From an uncultured Nitrospiraceae bacterium (lineage in GTDB: Bacteria > Nitrospirota > Thermodesulfovibrionia > Thermodesulfovibrionales > UBA6898): a DNA stretch of 64,000 bases. The DNA is taken from positions 672,001 through 736,000 of the forward strand of contig CAWEQH010000004.1 of the NCBI GenBank assembly GCA_963811165.1. The letters run 5' to 3'. Below are positions 10,101-18,842 of this stretch, piece by piece; the first letter of the stretch is position 1; each line of letters begins with the position of its first letter. The notes beneath the pieces were generated by a model. That model saw only the letters and a list, made by a program, of their open reading frames with translations, was not told the origin of the DNA and did no database searches. The translations under genes were made by a program, and so were the position numbers.

Positions 10101-10586
10101 GGAATTGAATTTCCGCAGCTCGTGGAAAAAAAGATTGAAATCCGCCGGTGATGTATACACTGTATTTTCGACCGAAAGATGAATGCCCGCCTCACCAAGT
10201 ATGACCAGAAGAGGCCGGAGGGCAGCTATAAAGGCCGCCGGTCCCAGGTCCGAGCGAAGATGGACATTAAAAAGCGATGCGCCGATGTCCTTCGCAAATT
10301 CGACAGTCTCTTGGAAGGACGCCGCATCAGTCGTAGTCAAAGGGTCCGACGGCCAGGGGGCATGCACTGAAAGACGTATATCCCGGGCTTCCGAGAGACG
10401 GCGGATATCAGTGCGCGTCTTTTGAGGGATATCGCTTAGCAGCCAGCCTTCTCCTGTGGTTTTTTTGTCCGGAAACCACTCAAAGGCACGAAACCCGTTC
10501 TCCACTGCAAATTCAAATGGTTTCATGATGGGAGCAGCCGAATAGGCGGTCTGGTTGCCGATCCTTATGGAGGGGTTGTCAGGCAT
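7119..10586 (-). CDS. Phosphoglucan, water dikinase (PWD/GWD3)-like protein with N-terminal AP-endonuclease-2-like TIM barrel
   Basis: SWRKRLE, EEGGHHRPSHHA and LPSFDTEF..PLTRIRDIAHRNDIPQELKQEIKTTLQNKLHRSAGPEDL match plant PWD motifs. It has the phosphohistidine motif LSHLSVRARQ and the PPDK-type ATP domain VRSSSNCEDLEGLAGAGLYDS. ATG at 10586 overlaps the upstream stop. Confidence 0.88.
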   Translation of the reverse strand: MPDNPSIRIGNQTAYSAAPIMKPFEFAVENGFRAFEWFPDKKTTGEGWLLSDIPQKTRTDIRRLSEARDIRLSVHAPWPSDPLTTTDAASFQETVEFAKDIGASLFNVHLRSDLGPAAFIAALRPLLVILGEAGIHLSVENTVYTSPADFNLFFHELRKFNSGNISLVGMCLDIGHANLYSGTRNDYLGFLDLLDKEVPIIHIHMHENYGDRDSHLTIFTGPAGRDPAGIEGLIIRLKKRMFSGSIIFEQWPEPQRLLIDARDRLITIIRGAADTPEERPGQADTHEGIVERFVAANRRFTSWRKRLEWVNRLLIEGPEDPDLELLIYIAVYLRFLGTGEIGCSEEGGHHRPSHHAKLAERIYTRLAGIENAENRLVIRNIYPWLPSFDTEFMRAEPLTRIRDIAHRNDIPQELKQEIKTTLQNKLHRSAGPEDLITSEALFKRITASDAPYPQAFIEEFRRFHKELKDFFNAGSLKDMLITLKEKGDIDRPQLIDDFLGLSEGSGEKPGNPYPAIKELALLTGLRRAIARTDKIAAAKGHRLKSADITLEDHSFVLLSTIINAIASLEDLPWNTALGALALVIENLRLGGIAPEECRAVEAELGAWDADFDLADRDCLLRLKATTDRCRRVAEEYSDKILALLPEKVKNLGSALGVSEHAVKNYAEAVIRSHPVFQLSKLVALLLTSIRTRASLQPWDVIVPGKASGRLVTVRSLASLADAGDGPLVVLTDKAEGDEEIPPQVIGLIIADETPILSHLSVRARQRGIVFVSCENISRIVELKRLSGQPIRICVTADTFDIEATKMEDGDDFKGRTEKVIVPEVSAEIPSRKIITLDVVSSSTGGGKADGARRLAEIATQSKTDFDVPRSVVIPFGVMEESLHSLSSFEAEYSSVLSKIDRAPLLDAEGRLQRLRELVLQLPLDNELVSGIAAHFAKGERLMVRSSSNCEDLEGLAGAGLYDSISNVPQSGIAQAVKEVWASLWNRRAVQARQNASVPHGRARMAVLIQTMMPADMSFIMHTVNPVNNSENEILIECAVGLGETLASGREPGSPFRMVYRKNTGDMQMLSFASYCTAFVRDRRADIVQSIIDYSKIPFSKDKKFRTELSKRIGGIGSLVETSFGLPLDIEGLVVDNKIFLVQARPQQRRQVECRR

Positions 10587-13500
10587 TATCAATACCGACC
10601 TGCTGTCGCGACTGGACAACATAGAACTTGCCCTGAGAATAAGCCCCCTCGATGTCCTGGGGAGGTCCGAGCGCCCTGTCCACTTCAGGTCCTATCCCGG
10701 CGATACCGGAGAGGATGTTTTTTCTGAAGGCTTCGTCCCATAAAAGGCGGTCCTTCGTATAATCGATCGTGACTTTCTTCGGTTGCGGCAGCAGAAAGCT
10801 GTCGTAAAGACCCGCCCCTGCGAAACCCGGCAGGTCCTCGCCGCTTGAATCCGAGCGGAAGATAAGACCGCCCCCATAAAGGCCTTCGCTCTTACTCGGA
10901 AATGAAAGTATGTAGGGTGCGCCTCCATCTTTTTTGCTGGTAAAGCTGAGTGCTTTTCCAGGGTAATTGCCGACGAGCGCCTCACCGAGACCGAGCACAA
11001 CCTCCGCATATATCTCGTCTTTTGCCTGTGAAATCGGGTTTACTGTGTGGATCACGAAACTGTAGTCAGCCTCGACCACCTTTTGGATAAGTACCGCCAT
11101 AAAAAGGTCCTCATGAGGTATCCCGTGTGCCTCGCGGCTGAGATGGGCCCTTTCGTTCCATTTTGAGGCCCATACGCTTTTGATACAGCTCCACGCATCT
11201 TCCCACTTCGGGGGCCGTGAGATACCTGAGGCGTCCATGACCGAATAAAGGGATATACTTAGTTCCTGGGGAGCCTTCATATCGTGTATCGTCTTTCTGA
11301 TTTCCTCAAGCAGTTCCCGGGGTTTCTCCGGACCGTCCGCGAGCTTCTGCATGAGTTCAATGATTTTTCCGGCACAGTCCCTATTCTCATCATGAGACAG
11401 GACTTTATCGAACACGCCGAAGGGCAGGGCGGCAGAGGCAGGAAGCCCGATCCAATCGGGGAGGTTTCCCCTCAGGAGTCTCAGGTGGTTCGATTTTCCG
11501 CCGACGTTCATCTCGGTGAATTCATCCATAGTTACCGCATAGCTTGTGAAAGCGGGTTTTGCGGCCGGCCCCGCTGAATATTGCACCCCGGCAGCAGGGA
11601 CCACCCCTGCTCCAGCCATCTCCTCGGCAACGATATCGCCGCTTGCGGTTATTCCCATTTTTAGTGTATGTCCTTTTAGGGACTTCAGGTGATCTAATTG
11701 CGCCGCATTGTAACACGTGGCGAATAGGACACCTGCGTTTCTTGCACGCACCGCAATATGGGAGAGCAGGTCGACAACTGCCGGGGTAACTATCGCAGAG
11801 ACCCCCTTTGGGATCTCCTCATATCCTGTGACCTTCCCGGCCACTATGATGGCCGGCCGGTCGAAACTTTTTCCCTCGACGGACTTCAGCGCATCGGCGA
11901 TCTCCAGTTCCCCTTCAGCATGTGCCGGACTTATCACCTGCCAGTCTCCCATGAGGGCGTTCTTCCTAAGAAGAGGGTCGAGGTATCGCAAGAGGATCGA
12001 CATGGCGAAGGCAAGACGGCCGCGCAGCACCTCTTCGACAAAAAGGGTTACGGCCCACGCATCCGCCCGAAATGCCCCTCCAAGATATTCCGCCTTAGGC
12101 TTGAAAAGCCGGTTATACTGATCTACAAACATCCCTAGGTACCGGCCTATCCGGTCGGTCACCGCCTTGGCGTGGAGCGACCATTCCCGCCCGAACCTCT
12201 CCATCCTTCTGAGCTTCTCCCAGTGACTCAGGCAGTTGAGGAGTTCTTCTCCGGCATTTGTGATGCACAGGTTCTCAAGCACCTTCGAGGTCATCTCCGT
12301 AAGCTCGTTGGGGCCGAGATCGGGTACGCCGGACCTCTCTACGACAATTCGCAGGAAGTCCTCAAGTGCGATGTCGAGAAAGAGGAAGTCACGGACCGTT
12401 TCTGCGCGACCTGTCAGATGGTTTGCGGTCCTGCGGCGTGCCTCGGTGATTTTTTCGGCGAGTATGCCGGCCATTCCTGCGTCGTTGTGATGGCGCCAGA
12501 TGAAATCCATAACGGCGTGCATATCGGGGTCGAAAAGGTATCTCGCCGTATGAATTGCAGTGCCCAGATCGGTGCCTGTATGGACCGCCTTCAATATCCC
12601 GAGGAAATGCTCGAAGTCGCGTATCAGGGGGTCTTTCAGGTGGGGAATGAAATCGGGGTGCGATCTGATCGGTCTCTCATAGCCTTCAAGCCTCTCCCTT
12701 GTGACGCCGCCCTCATTGAGTTTCTTGTAGAACCAATCGAGGTTGCCGTTGCTTCTGAGGAACTCCAGATATGCCTCGCAGATCACGATATCGTCGGGGG
12801 TCGTGTTGTTGTGCAGTTTCTGGTGCCACTCCTCCATAAAATGGCCCGAGACCTCTTTGATATTATGGCGGTGCATGATATTTAAGACCTCGTCGCGGAC
12901 CCGCTGGGCGTCTCCGCCTCTGCCGAGTGTTGTCATAATGAGTCTCAACATCTCACGCCCGGCGGGGTTTTCCGCATAAAGGCTTGCGAGTTTTAAAGTG
13001 AGCCTGTCCATCGAGTGGCCGAGTTCTCTGGGCTGTGTATTGTAATTGCGCTGCCAGTCGAGCTGTCTGATAAATGAATAACGGAGCCAGACGAAGATCA
13101 GGGCGAGGCCGTCGACGCTGTCTTTGACCTTATCGAGAAGGTCATAGCAGAGATTGAAACGGTGCATCAGCGTCCAGGAATTCCGGCCTGTTTCATGTTC
13201 GATGATCTCTTCCGCGATAGGAAGGAGTTCCCCTCCTCCGAGGGCCGCGTCGCCTGCCGTCTGCGCAATCACCGGGATATCGATCCGGTAATTTTTTCCG
13301 CGGTTATTGTCCCAGCGGTTGTCTCCCGGAAAAAAGAGGACGAAATCCACCGAGCTGAGGCCGGAGGAGCTATCGAGAATGATTTCTATAAGAGCATGGC
13401 CGTCCTTTTTTAAAAAAGGCGTCTGGATCGCCTTAGAGCCGAAGGCGCGGCTGCCCTCGGGCCATGATTGCTTTGCAGGGACTTGCCATGACGCGTTTCC

Positions 13501-13680
13501 TCTTTTTCTGACCCCCCAATGAAGGAGAGCGTCGGTATCGGCATCCGCACGGATGGTGATCTCTGTAACAGAGTCCCCGATCTCCTTTTCGACAAACAGC
13601 ACGAGGCCGTTTTCAGTTGTGATTTTATCTTTTTGCATAGTCGGCTGACGACGGACCCTCAAGAGGTCCACGATATTCAT
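10579..13680 (-). CDS. Alpha-glucan, water dikinase (GWD1/R1)-like protein with N-terminal CBM45-like domain
   Basis: LLHWGV...W..P and FVL...WDNNRGKNY (CBM45-like). WLRYSFIRQLDWQRNYNTQPREL, GRGGDAQRVRDE, EEWHQKLHNNTTPDDIVIC, phospho-His LSHIAVRARN, VWASKWNERA, GLGEALVGNYPG, EDLPGFAGAGLYDS. The start could be 13638. Confidence 0.9.
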   Translation of the reverse strand: MNIVDLLRVRRQPTMQKDKITTENGLVLFVEKEIGDSVTEITIRADADTDALLHWGVRKRGNASWQVPAKQSWPEGSRAFGSKAIQTPFLKKDGHALIEIILDSSSGLSSVDFVLFFPGDNRWDNNRGKNYRIDIPVIAQTAGDAALGGGELLPIAEEIIEHETGRNSWTLMHRFNLCYDLLDKVKDSVDGLALIFVWLRYSFIRQLDWQRNYNTQPRELGHSMDRLTLKLASLYAENPAGREMLRLIMTTLGRGGDAQRVRDEVLNIMHRHNIKEVSGHFMEEWHQKLHNNTTPDDIVICEAYLEFLRSNGNLDWFYKKLNEGGVTRERLEGYERPIRSHPDFIPHLKDPLIRDFEHFLGILKAVHTGTDLGTAIHTARYLFDPDMHAVMDFIWRHHNDAGMAGILAEKITEARRRTANHLTGRAETVRDFLFLDIALEDFLRIVVERSGVPDLGPNELTEMTSKVLENLCITNAGEELLNCLSHWEKLRRMERFGREWSLHAKAVTDRIGRYLGMFVDQYNRLFKPKAEYLGGAFRADAWAVTLFVEEVLRGRLAFAMSILLRYLDPLLRKNALMGDWQVISPAHAEGELEIADALKSVEGKSFDRPAIIVAGKVTGYEEIPKGVSAIVTPAVVDLLSHIAVRARNAGVLFATCYNAAQLDHLKSLKGHTLKMGITASGDIVAEEMAGAGVVPAAGVQYSAGPAAKPAFTSYAVTMDEFTEMNVGGKSNHLRLLRGNLPDWIGLPASAALPFGVFDKVLSHDENRDCAGKIIELMQKLADGPEKPRELLEEIRKTIHDMKAPQELSISLYSVMDASGISRPPKWEDAWSCIKSVWASKWNERAHLSREAHGIPHEDLFMAVLIQKVVEADYSFVIHTVNPISQAKDEIYAEVVLGLGEALVGNYPGKALSFTSKKDGGAPYILSFPSKSEGLYGGGLIFRSDSSGEDLPGFAGAGLYDSFLLPQPKKVTIDYTKDRLLWDEAFRKNILSGIAGIGPEVDRALGPPQDIEGAYSQGKFYVVQSRQQVGIDNA

Positions 13681-14051
13681 TATACCTAATATATGGGGAA
13701 GGGGATATGAGGGGAAATCAGTACGGGGGGGTTGAAAAAGACATGCGGAGGGACTGGGGTAGCATCATATCAAAACAGAATGGCGTTCTTCCAGCTTTTT
13801 CTATAGCTTCAACGATGGCAATGAGGCGCAGGGGCAACAGCCTTTGCAAAAAACCACAGAGGCTATTCCCCGTCGTCTCGATTGGTGTTATACCAACCTT
13901 TATTTCCTTCTTAAATTTAGGTGAGCATGACAGGCGTGCCAAAAAAAAGATGTGAATCAACTTCAAAAAGGATATAGAATCGTCTCCAGAAGTGTGGTAA
14001 GATTTTGGCAAGGTTGAGTCCTTATAATCCATTTTTAAGAGGTGGCGATAC

Positions 14052-15107
14052 ATGCCTGAAAAGACGATCGAATCCTTCGGCGTCAAGCGCCTTGAAATCC
14101 TCAGCGAGACCGGGGACGCGGATGCCGCACTTATGCCCCCGCTTTCAGACGCGCAGATTAAGGAGCTTTACGAGCTGCTTGTAATTTCAAGGACCTTTGA
14201 CGGCCGCGCACTGAATCTTCAGAGGGAAGGAAGGCTAGGCACCTATGCGCCTGTTTTTGGGCAGGAGGCCTCTCAGGTAGGCAGCGCCTATGCCTTTGAC
14301 AAGACCGACTGGCTCTTCCCGACGTTCAGGGAGATGGCCGTCTTCATGGCTGTGGGTTATCCGATGCATATGATCTTTCAGTACTGGTCCGGCGACGAAC
14401 GAGGCCTCAGGGTGCCGGACGACCTCAATATCTTTCCCATCTCTATCCCGGTGGGTACACATATACTCCACGCCGTCGGCGCGGCGATGGCTATGAAATA
14501 CAAAGGCGACAAGAAGGCTTCCGGGGTATATTTCGGAGACGGAGGCACGTCTGAGGGCGATTTCCATGAGGGCATGAACTTCGCGGGAGTGTTCAACGCG
14601 CCGGTCGTCTTTATCTGTCAGAACAACCACTGGGCGATATCCGTGCCGAGGGAAAAACAGACGGCAGCGAAAACCCTCGCCCAAAAGGCCGTGGCCTACG
14701 GATTCGAAGGTATTCAGGTCGACGGTAACGATGTCTTTGCCGTGTACAAGGCCACAAAGGATGCTGTGGACAAGGCCAAAAGAGGGGAAGGCCCCACACT
14801 GATAGAATGCGTTACCTACAGGATGGCAGACCATACGACCGCTGATGATGCGTCGAGGTACAGGACGAAAGAAGTGATAGAGGCATGGAAGCCGAAGGAC
14901 CCGATCCTGAGGGTGAAGCTTTTCATGGAGAAGAAGGGCATATGGACGGAGACCGATCAGAAGGAACTTGAGGAGAAGTCGAAGGCCAGGGTCGACGAAT
15001 GGGTGAAGATGGAGGAGGCGATAGAGAAGCCCTCTCCGAAGGACATGTTCCTCTATACCTACGAAAAACCCACCCCGCGACAGATCAAAGAGATGGGGGA
15101 TTTTTGA
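14052..15107 (+). CDS. pdhA: Pyruvate/2-oxoacid dehydrogenase E1 alpha
   Basis: TPP motif GDGGTSEGDFHE...QNN and HTTADD. Confidence 0.9.
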   Translation: MPEKTIESFGVKRLEILSETGDADAALMPPLSDAQIKELYELLVISRTFDGRALNLQREGRLGTYAPVFGQEASQVGSAYAFDKTDWLFPTFREMAVFMAVGYPMHMIFQYWSGDERGLRVPDDLNIFPISIPVGTHILHAVGAAMAMKYKGDKKASGVYFGDGGTSEGDFHEGMNFAGVFNAPVVFICQNNHWAISVPREKQTAAKTLAQKAVAYGFEGIQVDGNDVFAVYKATKDAVDKAKRGEGPTLIECVTYRMADHTTADDASRYRTKEVIEAWKPKDPILRVKLFMEKKGIWTETDQKELEEKSKARVDEWVKMEEAIEKPSPKDMFLYTYEKPTPRQIKEMGDF

Positions 15108-15108
15108 T

Positions 15109-16071
15109 ATGCCGAAAATGAACATGGTCCAGGCGATCAACCTTGCCCTTAAGGAGGAGATGGAGCGCGACAAAAACGTGGTCGTCCTCGGGGAAGACGT
15201 GGGCAGAGACGGAGGCGTTTTCAGAGTGACCGAAGGGCTCCTCGATCTCTACGGCCCCGAGCGCGTAATGGACACGCCCCTGGCCGAATCGGGTATCGTC
15301 GGCACCGCCATAGGCATGGCCGCCTATGGGTTGCGTCCGGTTGCCGAGATCCAATTTATGGGTTTCATATATCCCGCGGTCGATCAGATATTCAATCATG
15401 CCGCGCGAATGCGCTCGCGCTGCCGAGGAAGGTACACCATCCCCCTTGTCGTCAGGACACCTTACGGCGTCGGCATAAAGTCGCCGGAGCACCATTCGGA
15501 AAGTTCAGAGGCGCATTTCTGCCATATGCCGGGGATAAAGGTGGTTGTCCCTGCGACCCCGTATACTGCCAAAGGACTGCTCATCTCTTCGATCAGGGAC
15601 CCGGACCCGGTGGTCTTTCTCGAATCGACCAGGCTTTATAGGATGATAAAGGAAGACGTTCCGGAGGGTGAATATACCATTCCCCTGGGGCAGGCGAGGG
15701 TCGTGCAGGAAGGCAGGCAAGTTACCGTCATCTCCTGGGGGAGTATGCTGCACAGGGCCTTGCAGGCGGTGAGCGCGGTCGATGCCGAGGTGATAGATCT
15801 TATGACCCTTCTGCCTTTTGATGAGGAGACGGTATACAAGTCCGTGAAGAAGACCGGCAGGGTTGTGATTGTGCAGGAGGCCCCGAAGACCGGCGGGTTC
15901 GGCGCCGAGATCTCGGCATCTATTGCGGAAGATGCGATGCTTTATCTTAAAGGACCGATAAAGAGGGTGACCGGCTATGACGTGGTGCTCCCCCTCCCGA
16001 AGCTCGAGGATTATTATATGCCGACGGTAAACAGGATAAGGAAAGAGATCAATGAGGTTTTGAAATATTGA
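15109..16071 (+). CDS. pdhB: Pyruvate/2-oxoacid dehydrogenase E1 beta
   Basis: GEDVG..GGVFR, DTPLAESGI, EIQF, EHHS. Confidence 0.9.
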   Translation: MPKMNMVQAINLALKEEMERDKNVVVLGEDVGRDGGVFRVTEGLLDLYGPERVMDTPLAESGIVGTAIGMAAYGLRPVAEIQFMGFIYPAVDQIFNHAARMRSRCRGRYTIPLVVRTPYGVGIKSPEHHSESSEAHFCHMPGIKVVVPATPYTAKGLLISSIRDPDPVVFLESTRLYRMIKEDVPEGEYTIPLGQARVVQEGRQVTVISWGSMLHRALQAVSAVDAEVIDLMTLLPFDEETVYKSVKKTGRVVIVQEAPKTGGFGAEISASIAEDAMLYLKGPIKRVTGYDVVLPLPKLEDYYMPTVNRIRKEINEVLKY

Positions 16072-16110
16072 ACGGGGCCGGCGGGCATACAAAAAGAAAG
16101 GTTTAATTAA

Positions 16111-16971
16111 ATGGAAAGAAAATGTTATCGCTTTGAGTGGCTTGTGATCGTCATTCTTTTGCTGTTTCCTCTTTTGTCCCATGCCGCGGAAATGCAGGCT
16201 GATGAGAAATCCCCCGAAGCGGCTTCGGATGTTTCGGAACCGCAGCCCGAGCAGAAATCCCCGGAAGCAACTTCGGAATCTGCCGCTCCCGGACCTGCCA
16301 ACGAGGGGATGCAGGAAGAAGAAGGAGGGATTGTCGATCCCTTTGAGCCATGGAACCGCGTTATGTTCACCGTTAATGACAGGCTTTATTTCTGGCTGAT
16401 GAAGCCCACGGCGAAACTGTATAACTTCTTCATCCCGGAATGGGGCCGTATCAGGGTGCGAAATGTTGTGCATAATGTGGCCACGCCCGTCAGGTTCGTC
16501 AATTCGGTCCTTCAACTGAAGTTACATGCCGCCGTTGCCGAACTCGGCCGGTTCGTGGCGAACACCGTAGGAGGGCTGGGGGGAATGTTTGAGGTCGTAA
16601 AGGACAACCCCGAGATAGGTACGTCCGACCGGGACTTCGGGCAGACCCTCGGCAAGTACGGAATACCTAACGGCTTCTATATCATCTGGCCCGTCTTCGG
16701 CCCCTCTTCTTTCAGAGACAGCATAGGAATGGCAGGCGACGGATTTTTGACCCCCGAGAATTATATTACTCCTTTTTGGGACTCGGTGGCTGTCCAGGCT
16801 TACGAGAAGGTAAACGATGCCTCCCTCAAGATCGGTGATTACGAAGACTTCAAGGAATCTGCCATCGATCCTTATATTGCGATGAAGGACGCTTATTATC
16901 AGTACAGGAAAAGCAAGGTAAAAGAGGAATCCTACAGCGGCCCGCTGTTTAAGGAAAAAGACCGTCCATAG
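16111..16971 (+). CDS. mlaA: VacJ/MlaA family protein
   Basis: DPFEPWNR, DFGQTLG, PVFGPSSFRD and DPY motifs. Confidence 0.9.
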   Translation: MERKCYRFEWLVIVILLLFPLLSHAAEMQADEKSPEAASDVSEPQPEQKSPEATSESAAPGPANEGMQEEEGGIVDPFEPWNRVMFTVNDRLYFWLMKPTAKLYNFFIPEWGRIRVRNVVHNVATPVRFVNSVLQLKLHAAVAELGRFVANTVGGLGGMFEVVKDNPEIGTSDRDFGQTLGKYGIPNGFYIIWPVFGPSSFRDSIGMAGDGFLTPENYITPFWDSVAVQAYEKVNDASLKIGDYEDFKESAIDPYIAMKDAYYQYRKSKVKEESYSGPLFKEKDRP

Positions 16972-17004
16972 CCAAAAAGGAGCTCGCTTCAGTCGTCCTT
17001 TTTC

Positions 17005-17622
17005 TTATGGTGTTTCTTTGAGTGTCTTCTTTTTAAGCCTCTTTACGAGCTCCTCGTATGACGACGACCTGATGATCTGGCTGAATTGGCTGCGGTAATT
17101 ATTGACGAGGCTTACCCCCTCCACGATAATGTCATAGACCTCCCATTTATTTGTCTTCTTAAAGATCCTGTATTCCACCGGGATCTCGGCCTCCTGGGTC
17201 TTGACGATCTTCGTCCTTACGACGGCGTATTGACCGGTTATGCTCTCATCCAGATAGACGACCTTCTCGTTTTCGTAGCGTTCGATCTTCTTTATGTAGG
17301 TATTTTCAAGGAGGTCAGAGAAAAGGGCAACGAATTCTTTCTTTTCATCCGGGGTCCTCTTGCTCCAGTTGAGGGCGAGAGAACGTTTCGCCATCTCTTC
17401 GAAGTCGAACCGCTTGTCGACGATCTCTCGAATCTTCTTTGTCCTGAGTTCCCTGTTTTCAGGCCGTTTGAGTTCTTTGTTGTTTAAGACATCCATTACC
17501 GCGTCGACGGTCTGCTTTACCTGGTCGGTGGCCTCTCCGGCCAGGGCGGTTCGCGGTTTGAACGAGCTGAGAGATAGACAGAGCAAAAAGACAAAGAATA
17601 TTTTCAAGATCGGACTATTCAT
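17005..17622 (-). CDS. mlaC: MlaC/Ttg2D phospholipid-binding periplasmic protein
   Basis: FDFEEMA and WEVYDIIVEGVSLVNNYRSQF. Confidence 0.9.
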   Translation of the reverse strand: MNSPILKIFFVFLLCLSLSSFKPRTALAGEATDQVKQTVDAVMDVLNNKELKRPENRELRTKKIREIVDKRFDFEEMAKRSLALNWSKRTPDEKKEFVALFSDLLENTYIKKIERYENEKVVYLDESITGQYAVVRTKIVKTQEAEIPVEYRIFKKTNKWEVYDIIVEGVSLVNNYRSQFSQIIRSSSYEELVKRLKKKTLKETP

Positions 17623-17635
17623 ATCGGGGTCCCTC

Positions 17636-18076
17636 CTATACCTTGCCGAAGACGTATTTAGAGATAAGCGATTCTATATCGATGGCGGATTCGGTGTCCA
17701 TTATTCTTCCGCCTTTAGAGATGTACTTGTCGGACGCTCCCGGAGTGAGTTGTACGAATTTTTCTCCGATGAGCCCTTTTGTCTTTATCGACGCGATGGA
17801 GTCGTCCTGGAGCTTTATCCCTTTGTTGATCTCCAAGGTCAGGAGTGCCTGATATTTGTCGAGATTCACATCCGTAACTTTTCCGACAGAGACCCCCGCG
17901 ATCTCGACGCTGGCCCCCGGCTTTATCCCCCCTGCCTGGTCGAATTCGGCATAGACAGTGTACCCTTTAGTCACGAAGACTTCGAGACGGCCCAGTTTTA
18001 CGGATATGTAGGCAAGCGATAATATGCCTATCAGCAAAAAAAAGCCGACTGCAGTTTCAAGGTCGATCTTCTTCAT
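17636..18076 (-). CDS. mlaD: MCE-domain protein MlaD
   Basis: N-terminal TM segment, V.IAGV.VG.V, TKGLIGEKF..LTPG. Confidence 0.92.
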   Translation of the reverse strand: MKKIDLETAVGFFLLIGILSLAYISVKLGRLEVFVTKGYTVYAEFDQAGGIKPGASVEIAGVSVGKVTDVNLDKYQALLTLEINKGIKLQDDSIASIKTKGLIGEKFVQLTPGASDKYISKGGRIMDTESAIDIESLISKYVFGKV

Positions 18077-18095
18077 ATGTATATCGGTTGCGCCA

Positions 18096-18842
18096 TCACA
18101 GTATTTCTATAGGTCCTTCGAGCGCACCCGAGATAAACTGCCGCACGTAAGAGTTGGTGGAGTTTCTAAATTCGTCGGGCGTCCCGAATTCGATTACAGT
18201 ACCATTGTATAACATGGCCACTTTGTCTGCAACATCGAAGATTTCGGGGATCTCGTGGCTGATGATCACCCCCGCAAATCCGTACTTCTTGTGCGTCTTG
18301 ATGATCAGCCGGTGGATTGAGCTCGAGATGATCGGATCGAGCCCGGTAGTCGGTTCGTCAAAGAGTACTATAGCCGGCTCCGTGATCAGGGCGCGGGCAA
18401 GGGCGACCCTTCTTTTCATCCCGCCGCTGATCTCGGCCGGATATTTGTTCCCCATCTCTTTGAGACCGACGTCTTCCAGGGCCTGTGTCACACGCTCTCG
18501 TATCTTGTCCCTTGAAAGTCTGGTTTTTTCCTTCAGCGGAAACGCTATGTTTTCGTATATGGTAAGGGAGTCAAAGAGCGCGCCTTCCTGGAAGACGACG
18601 CCGAACTTGTCGCGTATCGAATCGAGTTCCCTTCCCTGGACGGTTGTAATATCGGCCCCTTCAATTAATATTTTCCCTTCGTCGGGTTTAATAAGTCCAA
18701 TCAGTTGCTTCAGCAAAACGCTCTTCCCGCCGCCGCTCTGGCCGATTATCGCCACCAGTTCTCCGTTGGATATCCGTAGGTTCAGGCCGTTGATGACCTT
18801 CTGTGTGCCGAACGCCTTTTTGAGGTTTATTATTTCAATCAT
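18096..18842 (-). CDS. mlaF: Mla ABC transporter ATPase
   Basis: GQSGGGKS, FQEGALFDSL, ISGGMKRR, DEPT. Confidence 0.9.
   Translation of the reverse strand: MIEIINLKKAFGTQKVINGLNLRISNGELVAIIGQSGGGKSVLLKQLIGLIKPDEGKILIEGADITTVQGRELDSIRDKFGVVFQEGALFDSLTIYENIAFPLKEKTRLSRDKIRERVTQALEDVGLKEMGNKYPAEISGGMKRRVALARALITEPAIVLFDEPTTGLDPIISSSIHRLIIKTHKKYGFAGVIISHEIPEIFDVADKVAMLYNGTVIEFGTPDEFRNSTNSYVRQFISGALEGPIEIL

Noticed and set aside
4783..13680. Eukaryotic contamination as the source of GWD/PWD
   Set aside because: No introns or transit peptides. Genes overlap as in an operon and are continuous with bacterial dksA and pdhA, with similar-looking base composition (not computed).
7119..13680. Annotating the two dikinases as PEP synthase/PPDK
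   Set aside because: The ATP domain is C-terminal, there is no PEP/pyruvate-binding barrel, and GWD- and PWD-specific central motifs are present.
13718..14086. 122-aa minus-strand ORF between GWD and pdhA
   Set aside because: It overlaps the pdhA start, has no recognisable motif and lies in a divergent promoter region.
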